Source: Deltaproteobacteria bacterium (GTDB lineage: Bacteria > Myxococcota > XYA12-FULL-58-9 > JAFGEK01). From it: a DNA stretch of 64,000 nt. The notes under the pieces are model-generated. The model was not told the DNA's origin. It ran no database searches and was given only the letters and a program-made list of their open reading frames with translations. This document shows positions 39,469 to 50,074 of the stretch, piece by piece. The position numbers and the translations under genes were made by a program. The stretch covers positions 39,110-103,109 of the forward strand of contig JAFGEK010000020.1 of NCBI GenBank assembly GCA_016931625.1, given 5' to 3'. Each line of letters begins with the position of its first letter. Position 1 is the stretch's first letter.

Positions 39469-41399
39469 AAGATGATAAGGCTAAAATATCAGAAATGTTT
39501 ACCCAGACTGCGTTGGCTTGTCTGCGACAAATATTTTTTGGTACTAATTTTGCATACAGTGAAAGCACAGGTTTCTATAAGCTGCTTGATGAAATTAAAG
39601 ACATCGTTACCATCTCGTCTCAAAATGCCGTTAGCTCTTATTATAATACAATTATGTCTGATTTGAGTTATGGGATTGAACAGATAAAAAGACAAATGTT
39701 TGATGAGCTAACAGAACAACAAACCTTTGCGACGGTTAAAGGTATAGACTGTATCAGTGATAAATATGATGCATTTCGTGATCATGGTGGTTTAGTTGTT
39801 GGTACTATTTTTGGGCGTATCAATAGAGGAATATCGCAAGATAAAAATCAACAAAAACTGTCTGATGAAATCAGTGCGCTAACAAATATTGCAAAACAAG
39901 ATTTACAAATGGCTATAGATATCTATTGTCGACTTACAAAAGAAGAGGAGCGCTTAGCTTATATAACTGCATTACGCAGCAATAACGCTGAAATGTTGTC
40001 TCAATTTTGTAATAACAATTTTTTACAAGCCCAAGCCATAATAAACGCATGGAATACTACTAATACCGGTCAATTGTTTGTTGGTACGAATGAAACTGAG
40101 GGCATATTTTTAAATGAAGCAATTACTCAAAGCCTGGATCTTACTCAAGTAGTATTTGCGCCAAATCTACCTGATGTAAATTCTCGCCTTGAAAATTTAC
40201 AGATTAGTACGGAGAAAACAACTAAAAACCTACAAGATAATTGGGTTGCTCTCCAAGTACTCGATGTTGCAACCTTGATGCTACTAGGTGGAGCCGTAGA
40301 AGCAGCTGGTGTGGCTACTCTTGCTCAAGCCAGCAATCTAGTTAAAATATCTACTACCGCCAACAACTTAAGTAAAGGGACACAAGTACTTATATTCGCT
40401 AGTCGTGGTGTTTTGGCGGTTAAAAAAGGATTCCAAACCTTTCAAAAAGCAAAAACCATACTAATTAGCCCAATACGTAACCAAGTAATTAATCTACCAG
40501 GTGTAGTAGGTACTTCTGGGCGCTTTCTTTATGATCTCGCTTATTACCGCACCATTGGGATGACACTCGATGTTATTAATACCAGTGCTCATAAAGCTTT
40601 TGGTAATGACAGTAATAGAGCCGCTTTTGTACAACTATTAGTAATGATGACCAAGCTTGGTCCCAGTTTTAATCCATATCGAATTGGCATTTCTGCAGGT
40701 TTTGAAGTTGGGATTGAAAAACTTTATCAAGAAATCGAGAAAATGCCAGAGCAGGCATTAAATCAGGCGGTCAACGGACATTTAACTCCTGCACAAGAAA
40801 AGGCACTAAAACAAAAAATGATTATGTGGCATTACATAGGTCGCGCTACAGTTGATGTTACTAAAATTTTAGTAAGACGCTGGCAACGTTATAATTCTGG
40901 TACAGAGGCAACGACCCAACAACAAGTTACTGAACTTTCAAAAGTTTTACGTAATAATGGGGCAGTTATAACCTCTGGTACGACATTAGCTCTTACCAGT
41001 TTATTGCGTGGCTATTCATTATCTCTCTGTGAAGTCGGCCATTTTCGTCAGCCACCATCAGTTTTTGAAAATTATCGTAGCTCAATAATTAAAGCATTAG
41101 GAAGTAATGCTTGCCCACGCGCACAAGTAGCATTGCGCGAGTATCTTGATGATCAATTACTGGTCCTTGCAGCAGAACGCTCAGGATTAGATAAACTTCA
41201 ACCAAATAACGATGTTGTTAACACAGAGGTACTAAATAAAAGTATTGAAAGCGTCAAAAATGATTTAATGGCGTTTGGTGTAGCGAAAACAGACGAAGAA
41301 GCCGAAAAATTAGCGCGTGAGCATATTACTAACTGTGTTTTACTTAGTGCTTTGTGTGATACTTCCAACGAAAGAACTAGTAATAAAGTCATAAAATAG
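39462..41399 (+). CDS. Large hypothetical protein (about 645 aa) with a central Gly/Ala-rich hydrophobic segment, translationally coupled to 37192..39468
   Basis: A 7-nt overlap with the upstream gene. TTG at 39462 or ATG at 39495. Central segment VLDVATLMLLGGAVEAAGVATLAQA. No recognisable domain. Confidence 0.55.
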   Translation: MVKDDKAKISEMFTQTALACLRQIFFGTNFAYSESTGFYKLLDEIKDIVTISSQNAVSSYYNTIMSDLSYGIEQIKRQMFDELTEQQTFATVKGIDCISDKYDAFRDHGGLVVGTIFGRINRGISQDKNQQKLSDEISALTNIAKQDLQMAIDIYCRLTKEEERLAYITALRSNNAEMLSQFCNNNFLQAQAIINAWNTTNTGQLFVGTNETEGIFLNEAITQSLDLTQVVFAPNLPDVNSRLENLQISTEKTTKNLQDNWVALQVLDVATLMLLGGAVEAAGVATLAQASNLVKISTTANNLSKGTQVLIFASRGVLAVKKGFQTFQKAKTILISPIRNQVINLPGVVGTSGRFLYDLAYYRTIGMTLDVINTSAHKAFGNDSNRAAFVQLLVMMTKLGPSFNPYRIGISAGFEVGIEKLYQEIEKMPEQALNQAVNGHLTPAQEKALKQKMIMWHYIGRATVDVTKILVRRWQRYNSGTEATTQQQVTELSKVLRNNGAVITSGTTLALTSLLRGYSLSLCEVGHFRQPPSVFENYRSSIIKALGSNACPRAQVALREYLDDQLLVLAAERSGLDKLQPNNDVVNTEVLNKSIESVKNDLMAFGVAKTDEEAEKLAREHITNCVLLSALCDTSNERTSNKVIK

Positions 41400-41552
41400 T
41401 ATAAGCTATGTAGCACTTATTGTTTATATGGGGATTGCTAAAAAATTAACAATACCTAATTTTATAAGTAGAAGGATTTTTTCTGTAATGGGAGCATAAT
41501 GCGTTCAGCTATTTAAAATGATATCTTTATTTATGTGTGAGTGAGGTATTAT

Positions 41553-44234
41553 ATGACGAATAGCACTTACACTGCGCAACTTCCAGAGTTCGATGTTAAA
41601 GAAACCGATGAATGGGTTGAAGCCCTAGATGATGTTGTTGAATATCAAGGTGCTTTACGCGCACGTTTTTTACTTGAGAAAATTTTGGCACGTGCTCGTG
41701 AATTAAAAATTGGTTTGCCCAATTTAACTCAAACTCCTTATATTAATAGTATCCCTCCACATGAAGAGCCACCTTACCCGGGTGACGAAGCACTTGAAAA
41801 AAGAATTCGTCGCATAATTCGTTGGAATGCTATGGCTATGGTCTATCGAGCCAATAAACATTTCCCGGGTATCGGCGGACATGTTGCAACATATGCGAGC
41901 TCTGCAAGTTTATATGAGATTGGTTTTAATCATTTTTTTAAAGGTAAACAACATCCTGATGGTGGTGACCAAGTATATTTTCAGGGTCATGCAGCCCCTG
42001 GTATTTATTCGCGTGCATATTTGTATGGTAGTTTAAATGAAAATCAGCTTGAACACTTTCGCCGTGAAACACTCGGAGAGGGTTTGTCTTCTTATCCACA
42101 TCCTTGGCTAATGCCACAATTTTGGGAATTTCCCACAGTCTCAATGGGCTTAGGACCGATTGCCGCGATTTATCAGGCCCGTTTTAATCGTTATCTTCAT
42201 GCTCGAGGTTTAAAAGACACAAGTAAACAACGAGTTTGGGCTTTTATCGGCGACGGGGAGTGTGATGAACCTGAAGCGCTGGGAGCAATAGATCTAGCGG
42301 CCCGTGAAAGACTTGAGAATTTAACCTTTGTGATTAATGCCAATCTACAACGATTAGATGGGCCGGTACGCGGCAATAGTAAAATTATTCAAGAGTTAGA
42401 AGGCACATTTCGTGGTGCAGGCTGGGAAGTAATTAAAGTTATTTGGGGAACACAATGGGATGAGTTAATTAAGCGTGATTATGACGGAGTGCTAATAAAG
42501 CGACTTAATGAAGTAGTAGATGGGCAATTTCAAAAATATATTACTGAATCTGGTGATTATATTCGTAAAGATTTTTTTGGCGTTGACCCCAGATTGCTTG
42601 AGTTAGTTAAAGACTTTGATGATAACTACCTGCAAAAAATGCGAAGAGGTGGTCATTCGTTAACTAAAGTTTATGCTGCCTATAACAAAGCTATCGACCA
42701 TCAACGTCGACCAACGGTGATTATCGCGCAAACAGTAAAAGGTTGGACGTTGGGCTATGGTTTTGCTGCAGCAAATGTTGCACATCAATTAAAGAAGCTT
42801 GATCTCGATCAATTAAAACGTTTTCGTGATACGCTGCAATTACCGATACCTGACAGTAAAATCGAAGAAGCACCATATTATCATCCAGGTGCTGACAGCC
42901 CAGAAGTTAAATATATGCATGAACGTCGTCAAAATTTAGGTGGCTTTTCGCCATCACGAATTTCACACAAAGTTTCTATACCCAAACCAGCTACTGATAT
43001 TTATCAAGAATTTTATCATGGTTCTAAAGATGAAATGGAAGTATCTACCACAATGGCGTTTGTACGACTATTACGTCAACTCATGCGTGATAAAAATTTT
43101 GGCAAATTAATAGTTCCAATCATACCTGATGAAGCACGTACTTTTGGTATGGATGCATTCTTTCGAGAGTTCGGTATTTATTCCGCAAATGGGCAAAAAT
43201 ACGAGCCTGTTGATGCTCACATGTTGCTTAATTATCATGAAGCTAAAGATGGGCAATTAATTGAAGAGGGCATTACTGAAGCTGGTAGTATGGCCACTTT
43301 TACCGCTGCTGGTACTGCATATGCTACCCATAATGTGCCCATAATACCGTTTTATATGTTCTATTCAATGTTTGGTTTGCAGCGTATTGGTGATCAAGCT
43401 TGGGCTTTTGGTGATAGTCGTGGTCGTGGATTCTTGATGGGAGGTACTGCTGGTCGAACTACTATGCTTGGTGAAGGCTTACAGCATCAAGATGGTAATA
43501 GCCATATTTACGCTTTAGCTTATCCAACGATGCAAGCATATGACCCTGCCTATGCTTACGAAGTCGCAGTAATAATCAAAGATGGCTTACGCCGTATGTT
43601 TAGTGATAATGAAGATATATTTTATTATATCACTTTATATAACGAAAATTACAAAATGCCGCCTAAACCTGAAGGTGTTGATGAAGGTATCGTAAAAGGT
43701 ATGTATCTTGATCGAGCCGCCCTCAGTGATATCAAGGGTCCGAGAGTGCAATTGTTTGGTAGTGGGGCTCTGCTGCGAAGTGCAATAGCGGCACAAGAAA
43801 TATTGGCTACTAAATATAATGTCGCCGCAGATGTATGGTCGGTTACAAGTTATCAGCAATTATATCGTGAGGCACGTAGTTGTGAGCGTCATAATCGCTT
43901 ACATCCTAGCAATACACCTAAACTCCCATATGTTACGCAATTGCTTGAAGGCCATCAAGGCCCAATAATTGCCACTAGTGATTATGTTAGTGAGTTACCC
44001 AGCATTGTCTCACGATATTTGTCACGACGTTTTACCGCACTTGGTACTAACGGATTTGGTAGATCTGACACGCGTGAGGCTTTGCGCTACTTTTTTGAAG
44101 TTGATGCAGCCTACATTGCACAAGCCGCACTTGCTTCGTTGGCGCAAGATGGTACGATTGAAACAAAAGTTGTTGAGCAGGCGATTAAAGACCTTGATAT
44201 TGACCCTGAAAAACTAGATGCTGCCATCGCGTGA
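41553..44234 (+). CDS. aceE: Pyruvate dehydrogenase E1 component (homodimeric type)
   Basis: 893 aa. The N-terminus ...ETDEWVEALDDVVEYQGALRARFLLEKILARAREL and the TPP motif GDGECDEPEALGAI...NLQRLDGPVRGN are AceE hallmarks. ATG at 41553 with GAGG upstream (the ORF-track GTG at 41541 is less likely). Confidence 0.9.
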   Translation: MTNSTYTAQLPEFDVKETDEWVEALDDVVEYQGALRARFLLEKILARARELKIGLPNLTQTPYINSIPPHEEPPYPGDEALEKRIRRIIRWNAMAMVYRANKHFPGIGGHVATYASSASLYEIGFNHFFKGKQHPDGGDQVYFQGHAAPGIYSRAYLYGSLNENQLEHFRRETLGEGLSSYPHPWLMPQFWEFPTVSMGLGPIAAIYQARFNRYLHARGLKDTSKQRVWAFIGDGECDEPEALGAIDLAARERLENLTFVINANLQRLDGPVRGNSKIIQELEGTFRGAGWEVIKVIWGTQWDELIKRDYDGVLIKRLNEVVDGQFQKYITESGDYIRKDFFGVDPRLLELVKDFDDNYLQKMRRGGHSLTKVYAAYNKAIDHQRRPTVIIAQTVKGWTLGYGFAAANVAHQLKKLDLDQLKRFRDTLQLPIPDSKIEEAPYYHPGADSPEVKYMHERRQNLGGFSPSRISHKVSIPKPATDIYQEFYHGSKDEMEVSTTMAFVRLLRQLMRDKNFGKLIVPIIPDEARTFGMDAFFREFGIYSANGQKYEPVDAHMLLNYHEAKDGQLIEEGITEAGSMATFTAAGTAYATHNVPIIPFYMFYSMFGLQRIGDQAWAFGDSRGRGFLMGGTAGRTTMLGEGLQHQDGNSHIYALAYPTMQAYDPAYAYEVAVIIKDGLRRMFSDNEDIFYYITLYNENYKMPPKPEGVDEGIVKGMYLDRAALSDIKGPRVQLFGSGALLRSAIAAQEILATKYNVAADVWSVTSYQQLYREARSCERHNRLHPSNTPKLPYVTQLLEGHQGPIIATSDYVSELPSIVSRYLSRRFTALGTNGFGRSDTREALRYFFEVDAAYIAQAALASLAQDGTIETKVVEQAIKDLDIDPEKLDAAIA

Positions 44235-44240
44235 ATATAT

Positions 44241-45254
44241 TTATATGATTTTAATGTTTTTAAAAATACGCATGAGTAAATAAATTGAAGGGACTAGAAT
44301 AATTGAGCCTAGTCCGAGCGCCCATAACACCATTGTTTGAGTTACCGTTGTGTAACTAGCTGCAGTTAAAGTGATATCTGGCATAATCAGGTAAGGGGCC
44401 TGTGCCGCACCCCAACTAATGACTAGTAATGCTATTTGCAGTACTGCAGCTAATCGGGCCAAATAAAATTTGTTTCGCAACAGTGCACTAAACGCAAATA
44501 TGGCTGCAGCTAATATTCCAAGTAGCAAAGGTATTGACCATGCTTGTGTCACTAGTTGGATGAAAAAAATAGGGGCTTCGGCCCATGCCAAAATAATTGC
44601 AAAAAGTGCGAGTACAAAAACCGCAATGCTGCACAACAAGGCTACGCGACGAAAAACAACGATTAAATGTTTTTGTTCATCAAGTGATTGTGCTTCAATA
44701 ATAAGATATACAGCGGCGATATATGCAAATAAAGCAACTGTATGCAACCCAGTTATAATTGGAAAAAGACCCAGCCAAGGTTGCCAATAACTACCCGTGA
44801 ACGTTCCATTAACAAAACGCAAACGACCGGAACTAACTGTACCAATAATTATGCCAAGCATTAGTGGGGCGATAATACTGGCTAGCGCAAAAACCAATTG
44901 CCAATATTTTTGTATAGTCGGTGAAGCATAATCAGAGGTGTAAAACGCAAATGCAGCACCACGTAACACTACACTAACTAAAAATATAAGTATGGGTATA
45001 AAAAGACTTATTGATAAGGCAGCAAACGCCGGCGGAAAACAAGTAAACAAGAGCACTACTATTAATATAAGCCAAACATGATTAGCTTCCCAAACCGGAC
45101 CGATCGCTTGTCTAATTAGCAAACGTTGCTCATTTTTATTTTGCCCAAAAGCTAGGGCACTAAGTACTCCACCACCAAAATCAGCACCGCCAAGTAAACT
45201 GTAAATTAATATGGCTGCTAATAATACCCAACCTAAAACATCAGCAGTGGACAT
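44241..45254 (-). CDS. cydB: Cytochrome bd ubiquinol oxidase subunit II
   Basis: 337 aa polytopic membrane protein starting MSTADVLGWVLLAAILIYSLLGGADFGGG (CydB N-terminus). Overlaps the cydA stop. Confidence 0.85.
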   Translation of the reverse strand: MSTADVLGWVLLAAILIYSLLGGADFGGGVLSALAFGQNKNEQRLLIRQAIGPVWEANHVWLILIVVLLFTCFPPAFAALSISLFIPILIFLVSVVLRGAAFAFYTSDYASPTIQKYWQLVFALASIIAPLMLGIIIGTVSSGRLRFVNGTFTGSYWQPWLGLFPIITGLHTVALFAYIAAVYLIIEAQSLDEQKHLIVVFRRVALLCSIAVFVLALFAIILAWAEAPIFFIQLVTQAWSIPLLLGILAAAIFAFSALLRNKFYLARLAAVLQIALLVISWGAAQAPYLIMPDITLTAASYTTVTQTMVLWALGLGSIILVPSIYLLMRIFKNIKII

Positions 45255-46608
45255 TGGATTGCTCCGAAGTTATTGCTGATGATGTCATTGTTGCCATGGT
45301 TGGTTGTGAACCCTTATGAATCATACGGCTAAGTAAAATAGTAACTGACACCCCAAGCAAAGCAAACAAACTAATTATAACCCAAAATGGCGTGGCTAAG
45401 TTTGGCATAGGGGTTACGGCAGCACTAGTTAGCATCGTATTCATAATCGTATAAGGTTGACGTCCCCACTCAGTTACTAACCAACCGGTTTCAAGAGCTA
45501 TATAACCTATTGGGGTGCACAGCATGATGATAGCTAACAAGGTGTGATTAAAAACAAATTCTTGTTTGCGCCAGCGTGTGCGTAACATGGCTGCGTATAT
45601 TAAAAGCACGACAAATGCCATTAAAAATCCCAAGCCCACCATAATTTGAAAAGCTAAATGTACGAGTAAAGTATTTGGCCAGGTGTGGCGGGGAAACTCT
45701 TCAAGACCAAGCACTTTTGCATGAGGGTCATGAAAAGCTAAAAGTGACAAGCCATAAGGTATTTTAAGTGCATACGGTGTTGTCATAGTGTCATCGTCGG
45801 GTATGCCACCAATATGCAAGGGGGCAGCGTTGGTAGTAAGATAGTGACCTTCGATAGCTGCAAGCTTGCGTGGTTGGTTAGTTGCAACATGCCGTGCAGA
45901 AAAATCTCCAGAAATTGGTTGCAACAGTGCAGCAATACCACCAACGCCAATTGCAATTAAAAGTGCGGTTCGATGAAAAGTACTGCTAGGCTGTCGCCAT
46001 AAATAAAAGGCGTGAATGCCAGCCACGGCAAAACCAACAGCGGCATAACATGAAAGCAGTACATGTATTACTTCTTCAGCAAAACCAGGTGGAAACATGG
46101 CAACGATAGGGGAGATATTATGCGGCTTACCGTCAATCAGTGCAAAACCAACCGGGTTGTTCATCCAGGCGTTAGTAAGGGTTACCAAAAATCCAGATAA
46201 GGCGCTGCTTAAAGCAATGATGATTCCAGAGAAAAAATGTAACTGGCGGCTGACACGCTCCCAACCGTAAAGATAGATGCCTAAAAATATAGCTTCGATA
46301 AAAAATGCAAAACCTTCAAGAGAAAAAGGAAAGCCAATTAATGGTCCGGCAAAATCCATAAAGCGCGGCCAAAGCAAGCCAAGCTCAAATGAAATGACCG
46401 TGCCGGTAACTGCGCCGACGGCAAATAGTATCGCAACACCCTTAGACCATTTTTGCGCCAACTCGCGATACACCGCTTTGCCGCTACGCAACCAACGCCA
46501 TTCGGCGATAGTCATCATTAAGGGTAGGGCGACACCAATAGCCGCAAAAGTAATATGAAAGGCTAAAGTTAAGCCCATTAGCCAGCGGGCATACATGAGA
46601 TCAGTCAC
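45241..46608 (-). CDS. cydA: Cytochrome bd ubiquinol oxidase subunit I
   Basis: 455 aa. ...MGLTLAFHITFAAIGVALPL...EWRWLRSG... and the Q-loop region ...GWLVTEWGRQPY... are CydA signatures. Confidence 0.9.
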   Translation of the reverse strand: MTDLMYARWLMGLTLAFHITFAAIGVALPLMMTIAEWRWLRSGKAVYRELAQKWSKGVAILFAVGAVTGTVISFELGLLWPRFMDFAGPLIGFPFSLEGFAFFIEAIFLGIYLYGWERVSRQLHFFSGIIIALSSALSGFLVTLTNAWMNNPVGFALIDGKPHNISPIVAMFPPGFAEEVIHVLLSCYAAVGFAVAGIHAFYLWRQPSSTFHRTALLIAIGVGGIAALLQPISGDFSARHVATNQPRKLAAIEGHYLTTNAAPLHIGGIPDDDTMTTPYALKIPYGLSLLAFHDPHAKVLGLEEFPRHTWPNTLLVHLAFQIMVGLGFLMAFVVLLIYAAMLRTRWRKQEFVFNHTLLAIIMLCTPIGYIALETGWLVTEWGRQPYTIMNTMLTSAAVTPMPNLATPFWVIISLFALLGVSVTILLSRMIHKGSQPTMATMTSSAITSEQSNVHC

Positions 46609-46702
46609 GCCTTATGTCTATCGTTGCTTGCAGATGATGACAAGTTTAGTTTTCTGACTCCGAAAAATAATTAGTCTGGCCATTGTTTTTTTACCATATT
46701 CA

Positions 46703-49700
46703 TTAATTAACTTCATCCGGTCCAATATCAAAAATACCATCACTTGACGGCCGAGTCTGCTGTTCAATATCTTGGCTAATATTAGAGGTACTATTATCTA
46801 ATGACGCACCATTATTTCGTGCTGGCGACACTGCCGATAAACGCGTTTGAGAATAATCCCAATTTGCACTAGGCTCGACTAAAAATGGGTCTACAATAAG
46901 ATTGCTTGTGATATTTGGTGTGCCAGCAATTTGATTAATAGTTGCGGCAGAGTAGGTGACCATACTCGTCTCTGGGCCAATAGCCACATAGACGGGTACA
47001 TCACTAGTCGCTAAGTCGTCTTTAGCAATGTACATCAAGTTATGACTAAATCTCGCCATATTGCTCTCTTGTGTGCTAGTTATTTCAAGCACCGCTAATC
47101 GCCGCGACTCATCGATGCTATTGCCTATATTAAATATATTATTAACCAAGCTTATGCCGTCATTGTTGATTTGGTTGAGGTAAATCGCAGTCTGGAGTTG
47201 CCCTGGCGCTGCTAATGCAGTTTCTGGGCTAACCGCAAATAGATTATGATAGGCAGCAACACCAGTTCCGCCATTTTGCCACAAAGCTATCAAATGCTGC
47301 CCCCGATTTGATAAGAATACATTATTAGTAAGTAGTGGGGCGCTGATAGTAGTTGGCGTATCAATCATCGCTGCAGCGCAATTAGTTTGTATTTTGGTTG
47401 TTGAAGCTGTCAGTGTAGGCAAAACACACGAAACTCCGTTAGCATCAAAAAGAGTGCCGACTTGATTGCCAGAGCTAGTACTTAACTCAGTGGTATCGCG
47501 AAAAGCAATAGCGACAATATCGGCGCTAGTATCACTGCCTGAGGTTATGTAGTACCCAGCTCGTATTTCGTTATTGTTAACCACTGCACCGCTGTTGTTT
47601 ATTAACCATAAGCCGGTGGCATGAAGTGGATCAGAAGTAATGTTAGAATTTAATGCGGTTGTTGGTCCACCAGTAATAGCTCCAAAGCCGTAACTGCTGG
47701 CGGATTTACCATTATTTACAATAGAAGCTGTGTTTGTGCCATATAGCAGTAATCCAACAGCGACTAACGGTCCGCCACTGCTTGGCATGTTAAACGCCAT
47801 GTCGGCAATTAAATGATTATTGATAATTTGCAAGTTATAGGAGTTGCCAGCAGTAACAGCTAGACGACTAACATTATCATAACTTGCGTCAATGATGCCG
47901 GCACATAAAAGCCGGCCGGCTTCTTGGTTGGTGATAATAGCATCATTGTCTGCAATTATAGTATTGTCTGAGTGGTCAATACGAATAGCTGCCGAGACGT
48001 CTGCACTCCCGCTAGCGGATATTTCATCATTAGCAAGTATGCTGGCGCTAGGTCTCCCGCCATTAACGGTAGTCATATTAATACCAATTGCTTGAGTAGT
48101 AGTATTACTTGTGCTGCTACCTGAGGCCGAAATCTTTTTAATATGTTGAATGGTAGCACTTGCATTATCTACAATTGCTACCGCTAAACATTCATTAGTA
48201 CAATTTTGTGCTGAAATTGATTCAAGACCATCTAAAACTAAATTCGCTCCATTAGTCTCAGTCGCCTCTACGCGAGCAGCGTTTAATAATGCTCCACCGG
48301 TGACAGTAATTGTGCCGCCGCGCATTTGCAGTTGTGCGGGGATGGCCGTAGTACCGGTCACATAAAGGCCACGGACTGTTGCTGCGTCTGCTGCTATGCT
48401 TTGCAAAGTACAATTAGACAGTAAAACAGTGCTGCCGCTATTATATACTGCTCCTGCAGAGGCATTTTGCGATACTATATTAAGACCAGAAATAGTGCCA
48501 TTATACCCAGAAGAAAAAGTCAATGTCGGTTCAGTATTTGTTACTATGTTGCTACTTTGTAATGTTGCCAAAGGTGTAGTAGCCGGTGTGGTGGCATTAA
48601 CGAAACCAAAAATGCTCGGATGATGGGGTGGGTTAGAATGTTGCTGTGGATTTAATACAAACGGCCCGCGAAAATCATCGCTACCTAATATGCAGATATT
48701 CGTGCCATCATTCCAGGCTTTATTTAAAGCGTTAATAAGTGGCCCCATAGTATTGGAAGCATCGCTACCACTACCATTACCACTGCCGCCATTAGTAGCC
48801 CAAACGCAATTTTCACTGATGATATAAATATTAGCAGTGTCAATTTTTGCACCGTCACTAACGCTAACCGTAATGAGATGAGGAGTAGGGTTTGCCGCTG
48901 GTATAACTGCAGTTACACTGCGCTCCAAGGTAGTGTCAGTGGTATTGCAGGTTCCACTACCAGTGCAAATTAATAAGTTATCGTTATCGGTCCAGCTAAA
49001 ATCCCAACTATTGCCATCTATATCAGCCGCAGTGACAGCGAGTGTAATTTGGCTATCAGCTATTGCCAGCACATACCAATCTTGACCAACAAGACGAGCA
49101 TTGCTGACCTGAATTATTTCTGGGGCATCGTTATTGATAATCAATGACAAACTAGCATCAACGCCATTGCCATCAGCGCCGAGTGTAACGCTATATGTAC
49201 AACTATCGACCGTATCATTAGCAACGATAATAGTAATGTCATAATTATCACCGTTGTTACTAAGAGCCGTATTAATGTCGCTACTATTACATCCACTGGT
49301 TGCTGCAACACTAAGAGCAGCATTAGTTACCGGAACACTATGTTGAATAAGCGCACTAAAGTGGCGCGTTTCATTTGGATGCAAGCTAATCGTTGATCCC
49401 GAAGTAGTTAAACTTACAGTATAAGGAGGGCATAACTCGTCAATCGTTTCATCACAATTATTATCGATACTATCATAGCAAATCTCAGTATTTAACGGTG
49501 AACGGCGATAATCAGTATCGTCACAGTCTTGAGTATGTAATATATATTGGTCGCAATTAGCGAAAGCACCATCAGCGTCAAGATCACGGCAGATAGCACA
49601 GCGCCCCCAAACGTCAGGATCATTATCATTGCAATCATCGCCTAGACCGGCTGGGCTCTGTGGACAAATATTCGGACTGCCAATAATTATTTTTTGGGCA

Positions 49701-50074
49701 TCGCAATGCTCATCCAAATCACTGTCGCAACCGTTATCTATAACTCCATCGCAATCGTTATCTAAATTATCGCAAAGTTCATTTGTGGGTAAATAATTGT
49801 CATAAGCCTCAATGCATTGATTGTCTTGGTTACATAACAATTGATTATTACTGCATAAACCGTTCAAATTAGTAGCTGGTTGGCTGGTACAACCTTCATC
49901 AATGACTCCATCACAATTATTATCGATACCATCGCAAATTTCATTTGTGGGTATACAAGTGTTTTGCTCTGTCTCGATTGGGATGTTAATGATTTCAGTT
50001 TTAGGAGTACGGCTCGTACAATTTGCTAATAAAATCGTTAAAATTGTAAAACTCAACAACCAATTGCACTGCAT
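46703..50074 (-). CDS. Giant surface lipoprotein (about 1123 aa). It has N-terminal MopE-type Cys/Asp repeats (CDGxDNxCDGxIDxGC) and a Thr/Ser/Asn/Gly-rich right-handed beta-helix-like body.
   Basis: ATG at 50072-50074 with AAGGAGG 5 nt upstream. Lipobox LLANC. Three or more copies of E[IL]CDx[IL]DN[ND]CDG[VT]IDxGC plus CNDNDPDVWGRCAICRDLDADG. The remainder is low complexity with ...NxxxN.../beta-helix periodicity. The ORF-track start at 50218 has no signal peptide. Confidence 0.7.
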   Translation of the reverse strand: MQCNWLLSFTILTILLANCTSRTPKTEIINIPIETEQNTCIPTNEICDGIDNNCDGVIDEGCTSQPATNLNGLCSNNQLLCNQDNQCIEAYDNYLPTNELCDNLDNDCDGVIDNGCDSDLDEHCDAQKIIIGSPNICPQSPAGLGDDCNDNDPDVWGRCAICRDLDADGAFANCDQYILHTQDCDDTDYRRSPLNTEICYDSIDNNCDETIDELCPPYTVSLTTSGSTISLHPNETRHFSALIQHSVPVTNAALSVAATSGCNSSDINTALSNNGDNYDITIIVANDTVDSCTYSVTLGADGNGVDASLSLIINNDAPEIIQVSNARLVGQDWYVLAIADSQITLAVTAADIDGNSWDFSWTDNDNLLICTGSGTCNTTDTTLERSVTAVIPAANPTPHLITVSVSDGAKIDTANIYIISENCVWATNGGSGNGSGSDASNTMGPLINALNKAWNDGTNICILGSDDFRGPFVLNPQQHSNPPHHPSIFGFVNATTPATTPLATLQSSNIVTNTEPTLTFSSGYNGTISGLNIVSQNASAGAVYNSGSTVLLSNCTLQSIAADAATVRGLYVTGTTAIPAQLQMRGGTITVTGGALLNAARVEATETNGANLVLDGLESISAQNCTNECLAVAIVDNASATIQHIKKISASGSSTSNTTTQAIGINMTTVNGGRPSASILANDEISASGSADVSAAIRIDHSDNTIIADNDAIITNQEAGRLLCAGIIDASYDNVSRLAVTAGNSYNLQIINNHLIADMAFNMPSSGGPLVAVGLLLYGTNTASIVNNGKSASSYGFGAITGGPTTALNSNITSDPLHATGLWLINNSGAVVNNNEIRAGYYITSGSDTSADIVAIAFRDTTELSTSSGNQVGTLFDANGVSCVLPTLTASTTKIQTNCAAAMIDTPTTISAPLLTNNVFLSNRGQHLIALWQNGGTGVAAYHNLFAVSPETALAAPGQLQTAIYLNQINNDGISLVNNIFNIGNSIDESRRLAVLEITSTQESNMARFSHNLMYIAKDDLATSDVPVYVAIGPETSMVTYSAATINQIAGTPNITSNLIVDPFLVEPSANWDYSQTRLSAVSPARNNGASLDNSTSNISQDIEQQTRPSSDGIFDIGPDEVN

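Noticed and set aside
35597-41552. Integrase, transposase or tRNA boundary for the low-GC island
   Set aside because: I searched the flanks for recombinase-like ORFs, a tRNA and direct repeats and found none. The island call therefore rests on composition and orphan gene content only.
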